From Acidobacteriota bacterium (lineage in GTDB: Bacteria; Acidobacteriota; JAAYUB01): a stretch of DNA of 64,000 bases. Of the stretch, positions 16,016 through 26,396 are shown in pieces; within the stretch, counting starts at the first letter, position 1, and the number at the start of each line of letters is the position of its first letter. The stretch lies in NCBI GenBank assembly GCA_016935015.1, contig JAFGRT010000022.1:118-64117 (forward strand), in the 5' to 3' direction. The notes under the pieces were generated by a model, which had not been told where the DNA came from, did not search any database, and saw nothing but the letters and a program-made list of their open reading frames with translations. The position numbers and the translations under genes are program-made.

Positions 16016-19000
16016 ATGGAATCAGCCTGGGAGTCCGCCGCAGTGAGGAAACCGTTCCGGCTCATTTCATGGCTTTCCTGTCTGGTGATGGTGTGGGGAA
16101 CCTGCCTGGCGGCCATCCCGCATGAAAAACTGAACTTCGATCACCTTTCCGTCGACCATGGCCTGTCCCAGGTCACGGGGAACTGCGTCATCCAGGACCG
16201 GTTCGGCTTCATGTGGTTTGGAACCCAGAACGGACTAAACCGTTACAATGGCTATGACTTCCGGATCTATCGCCATGACCCCCAGGATCCGCTTTCACTG
16301 GCCGATAGTTATATCTGGACCCTCTTCATCGACTCCCAGGATCGCCTGTGGATCGGCACCTACAACGGCGGGCTCAACCGCTACGAATACCAGACCAATA
16401 CGTTTCAGCGCATCCTCCACTCTCCTCGCGACGGGCGCAGCCTGAGTAACAATACGGTCCGGGCCATCGCTGAAACCGGCGACGGCTCTATCTGGATCGG
16501 GACCGATAACGGCCTCAACCGGATGGATCCGGCCACCGGTGAATGCCGCCGCTATCTCTACCGAAAAAAGGAGCCCGGCAGCCTCAGCGACAACATCGTC
16601 CTGGCGCTGTGTGTGGATCCGGAGAACCGGCTATGGGTCGGCACCCGAACCGGCGGCTTGAATCTGTACCAACAGGAAACAGACGATTTCCGTCGATTCC
16701 TCTATGAACCCAGCGATCCCGCCGGGCCCGGCACCGAAAGCATCACATCCCTTTGCGCCGACCGGGACGGCCGCCTGTGGATCGGATCCAGCCGGGGCGG
16801 ACTGAACCGGCTGGACCCAGCCACCGGCCGTTGGGAACGTTTCCGCCACAATCCCATCGATGTGTCCAGCATCGGCGGTGACAACATCCATGTCATTCTG
16901 CAAGGAAAAAACGGTACCATTTGGATCGGCACCGAATCCAGCGGTCTCAGCCGTTATCAGTCCGCCAGCGGGACATTCGGTCACTATCGATTCAGTCCCG
17001 GTGATCCCACATCCTTGTGCGACAACTACATTCGTTCCCTTTACGAAGACCGCTCCGGTACTCTCTGGGTGGGCACCTATCACCGGGGTTTCAGCAAGTA
17101 CAACCGGTTCAAGCGAAAATTCGTCCACTACAAGCACGACCCGTCGGAGCCGGGCAGCCTGAGCAATGATACCGTCCGTACCATTTTCGAAGACCGGAAA
17201 GGCACGCTCTGGATCGGTACCGCCGGCGGCGGATTAAACTGCATGCGCGGCAACAGCGGCGTGTTTGAGACCTTCCGGCACGATCCGCGGGATCCGTTTT
17301 CCCTGAGCGACGACACTGTGCGGGCCATTGCCGAAGACGGCAACGGACAGTTGTGGATCGGCACAGACCGCGGCCTCAACCGGTTCGATGCCGGCCGTCG
17401 GCGTTTCAACGTTTACCGCCATAATCCGCAACACTCTACTTCCCTGAGCGATGATCATATCCGGGACATCTTCTGCGACAGTGCCGGCACGCTATGGATC
17501 GGCACCAACACCGGCGGACTCAATCGATTCAATCCGGCGGCTGAAACGTTCACTCATTACCGGCACGACCCCAACGATCCCAGGAGTCTTTGCCAGGACT
17601 GCGCCTACGTCATGTTCGAAGATTCCCGTGGTCGGCTCTGGATCGGCACCGAAGGCGGTTTATCCCGGTTTCATGCCGAAACGGAAATCTTCATTAACTT
17701 CCGCCATCAAACCCGCGAGCAGAGTTCCCTCAGCCAGGACATCGTCACATCCATTCTGGAGGATCGAAAAAGCCGTCTCTGGATCGGCACCTGGGGCGGC
17801 GGCCTGGATCTGTTTCACCCTGAAACCCATACGTTTTCTCATTTCACCGAAAAGGACGGACTTCCCAGCAACGCCATCTCCGGAATCCTCGAAGACAGCC
17901 AGGGCCGGCTCTGGATCAGCACCATCAACGGGCTGGCCCGCTTCCACCCGGACACGGGCGAGGTGCGCAAATACGATGTCAGCGACGGCCTGCAGAGCAA
18001 TGGATTCAACGGTGGTTCCTACTTCAAGAGTGCCTCCGGCGAAATGTTTTTCGGCGGAATCAACGGCTTCAATGTGTTTCGTCCAGCAGATGTGCGGGAA
18101 AACCCTTATGTGCCGCCGGTGATTCTGACGCAATTCCGTAAGTTCGACCAGGCAGTACCGCTGGACAAACCGGTGTGGCTTCTGGATCGAATCGAGCTCA
18201 GCCACCGGGACAACTACATTGCGTTCGAATTTGCGGCCCTTGATTTCGCCGATCCGGCCAAGAATCAATATGCCTACAAACTGGAGGGTTTCGACCAGGA
18301 TTGGATCCGCTGCGGCACCCGCCGCTTCGCCAGCTACACCAATCTGGACGGCGGCGAATACGTGCTCCATATCCGGGCCGCCAACAATGACGGCGTGTGG
18401 AATGAAACCGGCCGGCAGCTGCAGCTGTACATCCGTCCTCCCTTCTACGAAACCACCTGGTTTTATCTGTTGAGCGTCCTGGTATTGCTGCTGGCCGTCA
18501 CGACCGTCATCCGGATCCGAACCCAGCACCTGCAGCGTCTGCGCAAGAAACTGAAGGCCATGGTGGATCAGCGAACCTGGCAACTGCAGATCGAGAAGGA
18601 AAAGTCCGAAAGCGCCCGGCGGCAGCTGGAACAGATCAACCTGGAACTGGAAAAACTGTCGCTGGTGGCCAGCCGCACCGACAATGCCGTCCTCATCGCC
18701 GATGCCGACGGCAATATCGAGTGGGTCAATGACGGATTCACACGGATGACGGGGGAAACACTGGCTGATCTCACCCGGGCCCGGGGCGCGACCATTCAGG
18801 AAGCCAGTGTCAATCCCGACATCGAACATCACCTGGAAGAAAGTGTTCGTGAAAAACGGTCTGTGATTTATGAATCGATTATCGTCAACCGGCAGGGACG
18901 GGAAATTTGTGTTTCCTCCACCCTGACCCCTATTTTTGACGATGAGGGGGCGCTGCGCAAGTTCGTCATCATCGATACGGACATCACTGCCCGCAAGAAA

Positions 19001-20644
19001 GCCGAGGACGACCTGCGGGAAGCCATGAAACTGGCCGAGGCCGCCAGTGAGGCGAAATCCCTGTTTCTGGCCAACATGAGCCACGAGATCCGTACCCCCA
19101 TGAACGGCATCATCGGCATGACGGAGTTGGCACTGGACACCGATTTGAATCCGGAACAGCGGGAATACCTGGAAATGGTCAAATCATCCGCTGAATCGCT
19201 GCTGAACATCATCAACGATATCCTTGATTTCTCCAAGATTGAAGCCGGCAAGATGGAACTGGATGAAATCGACTTCAGTCTGCGGAACTGCCTCAATAAA
19301 GCTCTGAAAACAATGGCTTTCAAAATCAACGAAAAAGGTCTGGAGCTCCTGACTCACATCGACGCCAACGTGCCCGACGATCTCATCGGTGATCCCGGTC
19401 GTCTGCGCCAGATCATCCTGAATCTCGTCGGGAATGCCATCAAGTTCACCGAACAGGGAGACGTGGTACTGCGGGTGGAGAACGAATGGCAGAGTGACGA
19501 AGAAATCTGCCTGGCCTTCTCCGTAACCGACACAGGGCCGGGGATACCCGTATACAAACAGGCAAGCATATTCAACGCCTTCGAACAAGGAGACACTTCC
19601 GCCACTCGCAAATTCGGCGGCACGGGGCTGGGCCTCGCCATCTGCGCCCAGCTGATCCGCCTCATGGGCGGGCAGATTCGCGTGGAGAGTCCCACGCGCG
19701 AATCCCGCTCGGCCCGGGGGGGAGCCGGCTCCACGTTCTATTTTTCACTCCGTTTCCGCTGGCAAACTCAGCCATCCCAGATCCCAGGCTGGACCGAGCC
19801 CCGGGAACTGCACAACGTGCCCGTGCTGGTGGTGGATGACAATCCCCTGTCCCTTCGCTTTCTGGAAGAACTTCTGCAAAAATGGAATATGCGTGTCACC
19901 GTTGTGGATAACGCACCTGAAGCCCTCCGACGGCTGGAACAATCCGCTGCCGAGACTCCCCTTCCTTTTCAGCTGGCGATTCTGGATGCACAGATGCCGG
20001 ACATGGATGGCTTTGTTCTGGCGGAAAAAATCCGGGCATTGGACCCCTCGTACCATATGGCTATTATTATGCTGACATCATCGGGCCAACTTGGTGATGC
20101 CCGTCGTTGCCGGGATCTGGGGGTGGACAGCTACCTGATGAAACCCATCCGTTCCGAGGAAATCATGTCGGCCATCCTGTCGGTGCTGGGAGTGGCGCGG
20201 AGTGGAGAGGAAACGACCGAATCCGCCGCCCGGATTCCGCTGGATATTGCGCCGACGGGACTGAATGTCCTGGTGGTGGAAGACAATCTCGTCAACCGCC
20301 AGTTGCTGGCAAGGCTCCTGGAAAAGCGGGGACATCTTGCCGCCGTCGCGGAGAATGGCCGGCAGGCCCTGGATATGATGGCGCAAAACCGTTATCATGC
20401 GATCCTGATGGATCTGCAGATGCCCGAAATGGATGGCTTTACGGCCACCGCGGCCATCCGGGAACAGGAACGGGCGACGGGCGGACACGTGCCCATCATC
20501 GCCCTGACGGCCCACGCCCTGGATGGTGACCGGGAGCGCTGCCTGGAAGCCGGGATGGACGGCTATCTGGCCAAGCCTGTCAACAGCCGTGAATTGTATG
20601 GTATTCTCGAGGAGATCACCCGAGACAGCGGGGCGGAAGTATGA
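16016..20644 (+). CDS. Hybrid sensor histidine kinase with propeller (Reg_prop) repeats, Y_Y_Y region, TM, PAS, HisKA/HATPase and two receiver domains
   Basis: More than a dozen LWIGT..GGLNRF-type repeats. H-box MSHEIRTPMNGIIG; N and G boxes NLVGNAIKFT and GGTGLGLAI. Two REC domains (VLVVDDN...DAQMPDMDG...MKP and VLVVEDN...DLQMPEMDG...AKP). Start is uncertain (ATG 16016 precedes a signal/TM segment; the ORF-track start is 15935). Confidence 0.9.
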   Translation: MESAWESAAVRKPFRLISWLSCLVMVWGTCLAAIPHEKLNFDHLSVDHGLSQVTGNCVIQDRFGFMWFGTQNGLNRYNGYDFRIYRHDPQDPLSLADSYIWTLFIDSQDRLWIGTYNGGLNRYEYQTNTFQRILHSPRDGRSLSNNTVRAIAETGDGSIWIGTDNGLNRMDPATGECRRYLYRKKEPGSLSDNIVLALCVDPENRLWVGTRTGGLNLYQQETDDFRRFLYEPSDPAGPGTESITSLCADRDGRLWIGSSRGGLNRLDPATGRWERFRHNPIDVSSIGGDNIHVILQGKNGTIWIGTESSGLSRYQSASGTFGHYRFSPGDPTSLCDNYIRSLYEDRSGTLWVGTYHRGFSKYNRFKRKFVHYKHDPSEPGSLSNDTVRTIFEDRKGTLWIGTAGGGLNCMRGNSGVFETFRHDPRDPFSLSDDTVRAIAEDGNGQLWIGTDRGLNRFDAGRRRFNVYRHNPQHSTSLSDDHIRDIFCDSAGTLWIGTNTGGLNRFNPAAETFTHYRHDPNDPRSLCQDCAYVMFEDSRGRLWIGTEGGLSRFHAETEIFINFRHQTREQSSLSQDIVTSILEDRKSRLWIGTWGGGLDLFHPETHTFSHFTEKDGLPSNAISGILEDSQGRLWISTINGLARFHPDTGEVRKYDVSDGLQSNGFNGGSYFKSASGEMFFGGINGFNVFRPADVRENPYVPPVILTQFRKFDQAVPLDKPVWLLDRIELSHRDNYIAFEFAALDFADPAKNQYAYKLEGFDQDWIRCGTRRFASYTNLDGGEYVLHIRAANNDGVWNETGRQLQLYIRPPFYETTWFYLLSVLVLLLAVTTVIRIRTQHLQRLRKKLKAMVDQRTWQLQIEKEKSESARRQLEQINLELEKLSLVASRTDNAVLIADADGNIEWVNDGFTRMTGETLADLTRARGATIQEASVNPDIEHHLEESVREKRSVIYESIIVNRQGREICVSSTLTPIFDDEGALRKFVIIDTDITARKKAEDDLREAMKLAEAASEAKSLFLANMSHEIRTPMNGIIGMTELALDTDLNPEQREYLEMVKSSAESLLNIINDILDFSKIEAGKMELDEIDFSLRNCLNKALKTMAFKINEKGLELLTHIDANVPDDLIGDPGRLRQIILNLVGNAIKFTEQGDVVLRVENEWQSDEEICLAFSVTDTGPGIPVYKQASIFNAFEQGDTSATRKFGGTGLGLAICAQLIRLMGGQIRVESPTRESRSARGGAGSTFYFSLRFRWQTQPSQIPGWTEPRELHNVPVLVVDDNPLSLRFLEELLQKWNMRVTVVDNAPEALRRLEQSAAETPLPFQLAILDAQMPDMDGFVLAEKIRALDPSYHMAIIMLTSSGQLGDARRCRDLGVDSYLMKPIRSEEIMSAILSVLGVARSGEETTESAARIPLDIAPTGLNVLVVEDNLVNRQLLARLLEKRGHLAAVAENGRQALDMMAQNRYHAILMDLQMPEMDGFTATAAIREQERATGGHVPIIALTAHALDGDRERCLEAGMDGYLAKPVNSRELYGILEEITRDSGAEV

Positions 20645-20705
20645 ACAACACGTCCGCCAGTCTTAACAAACGTGAGCATCAACCTGGAGGAACAAGGAAC
20701 CATCA

Positions 20706-22496
20706 GTGGAAATCATTGTTCTTTTTGTGATTATCGCTTCGGCGGTTGTCCTCTTTTTCAGTGAACGCCTGGATGTGGAGATCACGGCCATGCTGGTCAT
20801 GGTGGCCCTGATGCTCAGCCGGATCCTCACCCCGGAGGAAGCGCTCAGCGGCTTTTCAAGCCCGGCCACCGCCGCCGTCGCCGGGCTGTTGATCATGAGT
20901 GCGGCCATTCAGCGCACCGGTGCCCTGCAGATCATCGCCAAGCGAATTCTGCGGTTCTCGCGGCATAATCCGGTGCGCATCATCGTGACCATGATGATTT
21001 CCACCGGACTGGTCTCCATGTTCGTGAACAACACACCGGCTGTAGCCGTCCAGCTGCCCATCGCTGTTTCCCTGGCGGAAAAGGCCCGGCTGAGTCTGTC
21101 CAAAATTCTCATGCCCCTGTCCTTCGCCGCTATCCTGGGCGGCACCTGCACCATGATCGGCACTTCGACCAACATCCTGGTCAAGACCATCAGCGCCGAG
21201 CACGCCGGGGGATGGGACATCGGAATCTTTGAAATCACCCCCATCGGGCTGGTTTATTTCTGTGTCGGGCTCGTATACCTGATTTTCGTGGGTCGGCGAA
21301 TCACCCCCGACCGCCGGTCCCGCGAAGAATTGTCCAAACGTTACCAGTTGCGGGAGTACATCACCGAAATCAAGATCGGTGAAAGATGCCAATGGATCGG
21401 CCGTTCACTGAATGAATATGCGAATCTACCGGGTGGGCCGCCACCCGGGGTGGAAGTCATCGAAATGATCCGCCAGGGCCGGAAATTCCTGCCGTCCGAT
21501 CATCCGGTGATTCAGGCGGGCGACTCCCTGCTGGTTCACGGTGCCGTCGATGACCTGATGAAAATGAAAGACGAACACGAGATCTCCATCCGACATGAAT
21601 TCGAAGTCCACGACAAGGACTTGCATGACAGCAAAATCATCCTGGCCGAAGGAGTACTTTCCCCCACTTCCCGTCTCATCGGCCGCACGCTCAAGGAGAT
21701 CGAATTTAAATCCAATTACGGGGTGGCAGCTCTGGCCATCCGCCGCTATGGCCGGCCGGTGACGCAAAAAATCGGCAGGATACGGCTGACCTTCGGGGAC
21801 TCCCTGTTGCTGCAGGGGGACCGGGAACACATCGACCGGCTGCTGGAATCGCCTGACTTCCTGCTGCTGGAACGCATCAAGCTGCCCCAGCCCCGCCGCG
21901 GCAAAATCGCCTTCGCCCTCAGCATCTTCGGTTTGACGATCCTCATCCTGGCCCTCGGTCTTCTTCCCCTGGTCACGGCGGTGGTGCTGGGCTCTCTGGC
22001 CATGGTGATCACCGGTTGCATCAGCCTCAAGGAACTTTACGAATCGTTCCCTTTCAAGGTCATCATCCTGCTGGGCTGTCTCATCCCATTGGGCGTGGCG
22101 ATGGAGAAAACCGGCGCGGCGGCGCTCGTAGCCCGGCAGCTTGTCGAAGTCCCTTTTCAAAACAACTTCCACCTGTATCTTCTGTTGCTGGCTCTGGTAA
22201 CCATCGTGCTGACGGAAATCATGTCCAACAACGCCACGGCAGTGATCATGGTCCCGGTGGCCTTTTCGGTGGCCGCCCAGCTGGGGGTGTCGCCCAAGCC
22301 GCTGGTTCTGGCCGTCATGTTCGCCGCGTCCTTCTCCTTTCTGACACCGGTGGGCTACCAGACCAACACCATTATCTACGGCCCGGGCGGTTATCGCTTC
22401 TCCGACTTCGCCCGGGTGGGTGCGCCGCTAACCTTCATCATGCTGCTGATCTCCCTGTTCCTGATCCCCGCCATTTGGCCGTTCGACGCACTGTAG
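20706..22496 (+). CDS. SLC13/DASS-family anion permease with two central TrkA-C (RCK_C)-like domains
   Basis: 596 aa. Hydrophobic N and C halves (GGTCTMIGTSTN, LTPVGYQTNTIIYGPGGY) flank a soluble duplicated region of about 170 aa. GTG start. Confidence 0.8.
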   Translation: MEIIVLFVIIASAVVLFFSERLDVEITAMLVMVALMLSRILTPEEALSGFSSPATAAVAGLLIMSAAIQRTGALQIIAKRILRFSRHNPVRIIVTMMISTGLVSMFVNNTPAVAVQLPIAVSLAEKARLSLSKILMPLSFAAILGGTCTMIGTSTNILVKTISAEHAGGWDIGIFEITPIGLVYFCVGLVYLIFVGRRITPDRRSREELSKRYQLREYITEIKIGERCQWIGRSLNEYANLPGGPPPGVEVIEMIRQGRKFLPSDHPVIQAGDSLLVHGAVDDLMKMKDEHEISIRHEFEVHDKDLHDSKIILAEGVLSPTSRLIGRTLKEIEFKSNYGVAALAIRRYGRPVTQKIGRIRLTFGDSLLLQGDREHIDRLLESPDFLLLERIKLPQPRRGKIAFALSIFGLTILILALGLLPLVTAVVLGSLAMVITGCISLKELYESFPFKVIILLGCLIPLGVAMEKTGAAALVARQLVEVPFQNNFHLYLLLLALVTIVLTEIMSNNATAVIMVPVAFSVAAQLGVSPKPLVLAVMFAASFSFLTPVGYQTNTIIYGPGGYRFSDFARVGAPLTFIMLLISLFLIPAIWPFDAL

Positions 22497-22647
22497 CGAC
22501 TGTCGGTTTATCCGAGGATTCTCGGCGCCTGTTTTTCTTTGACACGGAACGCCGTACCATGCATCATGGATGCCGTCCCGGTCGTGGTGGGCCAGGCCCA
22601 TGCGGGCGAAGCCGGGATTATTTCGCAAACGAGATGAGGAATTGGCT

Positions 22648-24786
22648 ATGAGTGGTCAAGCCGCCGGGGACAAAAATCCCAAAAAGGATCTGAATGATCC
22701 CGGATTGTATTTCAACCGCGAACTGAGCTGGCTGCAGTTCAACCGGCGCGTCCTCGAAGAAGCGTTGGATCCGCGCACACCCCTGCTGGAACGGCTCAAG
22801 TTTCTCGCCATCTTCTGCACCAACCTGGACGAGTTTTTTATGATCCGCGTGTCAGGATTGCGCCAGCAGATGCTGGTCAAGCCCCATCTGGCCTCGCCCG
22901 ACGGCATGACCCCCGCCGAACAACTGGCCGCCATTCGCCGGGAATTACTCCCCCTGCTGGAACAGCACGAGTCCTGCTGGCAAAAAGACCTCCTGCCCAA
23001 ACTGGCGGAAACCGGCATTCACATTCTGCAGTACGACCAGTTGAAGCGCAAGCAACGCAAGTTGCTGCGCCGCTATTTTCGGCAGGAAATCTTTCCAGTA
23101 CTGACACCGCTGGCCTTTGATCCCGGGCACCCCTTTCCGCATATTTCCAATCTGAGCATCAATCTGGCGGTGGTCATCCGGGATCCGCTGCTTGGTGACC
23201 GCTTCGCCCGCCTGAAGGTCCCGCCCCTGTTCCCCAGATTGCTGCGCGTCCCTTCCGAGGAAAAAGCGGATGAGTACGAAGAACTGGGCCTGACGGGTGA
23301 AGAAACGTCCCTGCATTTCGTCTGGCTGGAGCAGGTCGTGGCCGCCAATCTCGATCTCCTTTTCCCGGGCATGGAAATCAGTTCCGTCTACCCCTTTCGG
23401 GTGACACGCAACGCCGATCCGGAGATCGAGGAGGACGAAGCGGCGGACCTGCTGACCACCATCGAGGAAAGCGTGCGGATGCGCCATTTCGGTTCCGAGG
23501 TTCGCCTGGAAATCGACGAAGGGATGTCTGCCCAGGTCCGGGATATCCTGATGACCAATCTTCAGCTGGAACCGTTTCAGGTCTATACCAGCCAATACAC
23601 CATCGGTCTCGCCCATCTGATGGAACTGACCAAAATCGAGCGTCCCGATCTCAAGGATCCGCCGCTCATCCCCCAAACAGCGCCCAGCCTGGCCAATCCT
23701 GAAGAGTTCTTTCGTCAGATTCGCCGGCGGGATATCCTGCTCTATCATCCGTATGACAGTTTCAAGCCGGTAGTGGATTTCGTCTGGCGGGCCGCCCGTG
23801 ATCCCAAGGTGCTGGCCATCAAACACACCTTGTACCGGGTGGGACCCCGTTCACCCATTGTCGCCGCCCTCATGGAAGCCCGCCGGAACAACAAGCAGGT
23901 GGCCGTCCTGGTGGAACTGAAGGCCCGTTTCGACGAAGAGAACAATATCGAATGGGCCCGGTCCCTGGAACGGGCCGGCGTGCATGTAGTTTACGGCCTC
24001 GTGGGTCTCAAGACCCACGCCAAGCTGCTGCTGGTTGTGCGCCGGGAGAAGAACCGGATTGTACGCTATGTCCATATGAGCACCGGCAACTATAACGACG
24101 TTACCGCCCGGATTTACACGGACATCGGCTATTTTACCCGAGAACCGCAAATCGGGGACGAAGTGTCCGACCTCTTCAACGCCCTCACGGGTTATTCGAA
24201 GAAGGAAGACTACGAAAAACTGCTGGTGGCGCCACAGAAAATGCTCGACCGAATGATCGCCCTCATCGAACGGGAAATCGCCCGCCATGCCAAACATGGC
24301 GACGGCTACCTGGCGTTCAAAATGAACTCCCTGGTGGATAAAACGTGCATCCAGGCGCTCTATCGGGCATCCCAGGCTGGTGTTACCGTGGATCTGCAGG
24401 TGCGGGGGATTTGCTGTCTCCGCCCCGGAATACCGGGCATCAGTGACAACATCCGTGTCACCTCCATAGTGGGCCGCTTCCTGGAACACACCCGCATCTA
24501 TTATTTCCGGAACGGCGGTGACGAGGAAATTCTCCTGGGCAGCGCCGACCTCATGCCGCGCAACCTCTACCGGCGAGTGGAAACCCTTTTCCCCGTCAAC
24601 GATCCGCATCTGCGCAAGGTCTTGCGCGATCATATCTTGATGATGCATCTCCGTGATAACGTCCAGTCACGCCGCCTTCTTCCCGACGGCACCCACGAGC
24701 GGATCAGCCCCGCCGAAGGGGAAGAAGCCCTGAATTCACAACTATGGATGATGGAACATCGGGAATTGTGGCACGCGGAAGAATGA
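22648..24786 (+). CDS. ppk1: Polyphosphate kinase 1
   Basis: YFNRELSWLQFNRRVLEEA N-terminus and the HKD-type KTHAKLLLVVRRE motif. Start set at ATG 22648 with GAGGA 7 nt upstream. Confidence 0.93.
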   Translation: MSGQAAGDKNPKKDLNDPGLYFNRELSWLQFNRRVLEEALDPRTPLLERLKFLAIFCTNLDEFFMIRVSGLRQQMLVKPHLASPDGMTPAEQLAAIRRELLPLLEQHESCWQKDLLPKLAETGIHILQYDQLKRKQRKLLRRYFRQEIFPVLTPLAFDPGHPFPHISNLSINLAVVIRDPLLGDRFARLKVPPLFPRLLRVPSEEKADEYEELGLTGEETSLHFVWLEQVVAANLDLLFPGMEISSVYPFRVTRNADPEIEEDEAADLLTTIEESVRMRHFGSEVRLEIDEGMSAQVRDILMTNLQLEPFQVYTSQYTIGLAHLMELTKIERPDLKDPPLIPQTAPSLANPEEFFRQIRRRDILLYHPYDSFKPVVDFVWRAARDPKVLAIKHTLYRVGPRSPIVAALMEARRNNKQVAVLVELKARFDEENNIEWARSLERAGVHVVYGLVGLKTHAKLLLVVRREKNRIVRYVHMSTGNYNDVTARIYTDIGYFTREPQIGDEVSDLFNALTGYSKKEDYEKLLVAPQKMLDRMIALIEREIARHAKHGDGYLAFKMNSLVDKTCIQALYRASQAGVTVDLQVRGICCLRPGIPGISDNIRVTSIVGRFLEHTRIYYFRNGGDEEILLGSADLMPRNLYRRVETLFPVNDPHLRKVLRDHILMMHLRDNVQSRRLLPDGTHERISPAEGEEALNSQLWMMEHRELWHAEE

Positions 24787-24854
24787 AGAACGAGCAGTTC
24801 AGACGGCCTTCCTCCGCCGTAAGCAAAGGATCCTGGCCGAACTGATGGGACGTG

Positions 24855-25019
24855 CTAAGTCGGATTGTCGTCCGACCGGGCGATCACCGCATCCTGCGGT
24901 GCTCCCCGCCGGGCGAGATAGGCTTCCCGCCAACGGTTGGTCAGCCAGGCGTACCCTAGCAGGAACAGAAACCGGAAGGGAAAGACGATCGCCCGCAGCA
25001 CTTTAAGAAGTGTATTCAT
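24855..25019 (-). CDS. Possible 54-aa membrane peptide downstream of lpxA
   Basis: My own translation: MNTLLKVLRAIVFPFRFLFLLGYAWLTNRWREAYLARRGAPQDAVIARSDDNPT. It has one hydrophobic segment and starts 15 nt after the lpxA stop. No Shine-Dalgarno sequence. It falls below the ORF-track size cutoff. Confidence 0.25.
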   Translation of the reverse strand: MNTLLKVLRAIVFPFRFLFLLGYAWLTNRWREAYLARRGAPQDAVIARSDDNPT

Positions 25020-25034
25020 CGTTAGGCACCGTGG

Positions 25035-25859
25035 CTACGGAGAATCAGGACGGTTGTCATCCGCTGTACCGGGAGACTGGTGGATCACCCCCCGCGGAGA
25101 GCTTTCGATGAAATCCACCAACGTCTTGATGTCGCCTGTGATGGGCATATTCTCGGTCAGCTGCGCCAGTCCCTTGGCCAGATTGCTGCTGGACCGGAAA
25201 AGGTGTCGGTACGCCCGCTTGAGCAGATCAATGCGGTCCTGGGAGAAACCTAGGCGGGTCAGACCCAGCGAATTGATCCCGTAAATGGCGGCCCTGCCGC
25301 GCATCCCCACGGTCTTGACGAAGGGCAGGGCATCCTTGGTGATGACGGAATAACCGCCGACATAGGCATAGGCCCCGACGCGGCAGAACTGGTGCACGCC
25401 GGTGAAGGCCCCCACGGTGGCAAAATCGTCCACCATGATGTGACCGGCCAAAGTGGCCCCATTGGCCATGATGACACGATTACCGATGATGCAATCGTGC
25501 GCCACATGGGAATAGGCCATGATTAGGCACTTGTCGCCGATTTGCGTCCGGCTGCCGCCGCCTTCCGTTCCCCGATTGACGGTGACGGATTCCCGAAACG
25601 TGTTGTCATCACCGATGACGACCTCGCTCTCCTCGCCATGATACTTGAGGTCCTGGGGAATGGCCCCGATGGAGCAAAAGGGGAAAAACCGGTTCCGGCT
25701 TCCAATCCGGATCGAACCCTCGATAAAGACATGACCATCCAGGACGGAACCGTCACCGATCTCGACCGGGCCGCGGATGACCACATACGGACCGATGCGT
25801 ACGTCCACTCCCAGACGGACATCGCCCTCGAGTACTGCCGTCGGATGGACGTCACTCAT
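25035..25859 (-). CDS. lpxA: Acyl-ACP--UDP-N-acetylglucosamine O-acyltransferase
   Basis: Left-handed hexapeptide repeats from MSDVHPTAVLEGDVRLG onward, plus an LpxA-type C-terminal helical domain. Start at ATG 25859 overlaps the fabZ stop (ATGA). Confidence 0.9.
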   Translation of the reverse strand: MSDVHPTAVLEGDVRLGVDVRIGPYVVIRGPVEIGDGSVLDGHVFIEGSIRIGSRNRFFPFCSIGAIPQDLKYHGEESEVVIGDDNTFRESVTVNRGTEGGGSRTQIGDKCLIMAYSHVAHDCIIGNRVIMANGATLAGHIMVDDFATVGAFTGVHQFCRVGAYAYVGGYSVITKDALPFVKTVGMRGRAAIYGINSLGLTRLGFSQDRIDLLKRAYRHLFRSSSNLAKGLAQLTENMPITGDIKTLVDFIESSPRGVIHQSPGTADDNRPDSP

Positions 25860-26314
25860 CGCGCTGCCTCCACGAGGGAGGACAACAGGACGGCCTCCGC
25901 CACGAGCTCGCCATCCACGTACGCGCGCGCCTGTATCTGGCAGACACGGGACCTCAGTTTCAGCACTTCGCATTCCATCAATAGCTGATCGCCCGGGATC
26001 ACGGGCTTCCGAAAACGCGCCCGATCGATCCCCATGAAATAGATGAGATTATCCCCGATGGGTTCTTCCCGGGTGGACAGCGCCAATACTCCGCCCGTCT
26101 GGGCCATGGCCTCAATGATGAGCACGCCCGGCATAACCGGTGCTCCGGGGAAATGTCCCATGAAGAAAGGCTCATTGATGGTGACGTTCTTATATCCCTT
26201 GATGCGGACACCCGGCTCGAACTCCACGATACGGTCCACCAGGAGGAAAGGATAGCGATGGGGCAGGATATTCATGATCCGATGAATATCCGGTAAATCC
26301 GTTGATTGGGTCAC
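25856..26314 (-). CDS. fabZ: 3-hydroxyacyl-ACP dehydratase
   Basis: 152 aa. LPHRYPFLLVDRI and FFMGHFPGAPVMPGVLIIEAMAQ motifs. Confidence 0.95.
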   Translation of the reverse strand: MTQSTDLPDIHRIMNILPHRYPFLLVDRIVEFEPGVRIKGYKNVTINEPFFMGHFPGAPVMPGVLIIEAMAQTGGVLALSTREEPIGDNLIYFMGIDRARFRKPVIPGDQLLMECEVLKLRSRVCQIQARAYVDGELVAEAVLLSSLVEAAR

Positions 26315-26330
26315 GACAACGCCTCCTCTG

Positions 26331-26366
26331 AAAAGTAAAATCGGCTCGAACCGAACGTCCGAGCCG
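26331..26366 (-). terminator. Hairpin plus T-tract between skp and fabZ (terminator or attenuator)
   Basis: 7-bp stem (26342-26348 pairs with 26360-26366), 11-nt loop, followed on the minus strand by TTTTACTTTT. Confidence 0.5.
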
Positions 26367-26396
26367 GAGGAATTCCGTCACTGCCGCGCTGCCGCC

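Noticed and set aside
17660-19084. 474-aa minus-strand ORF
   Set aside because: It is antisense to the hybrid histidine kinase, whose domains are unambiguous on the plus strand. It has no recognisable motifs.
25860-25973. N-terminal extensions in the ORF track (lpxA shown here; also tgt 58685-58885, kdsB 39104-39241, lolD 33167-33229, lepB 40576-40650, ppk1 22570-22647)
   Set aside because: The extensions are Arg/Gly/Pro-rich, overlap upstream genes or lack a Shine-Dalgarno sequence. The internal starts match homologue N-termini and have better ribosome-binding sites.
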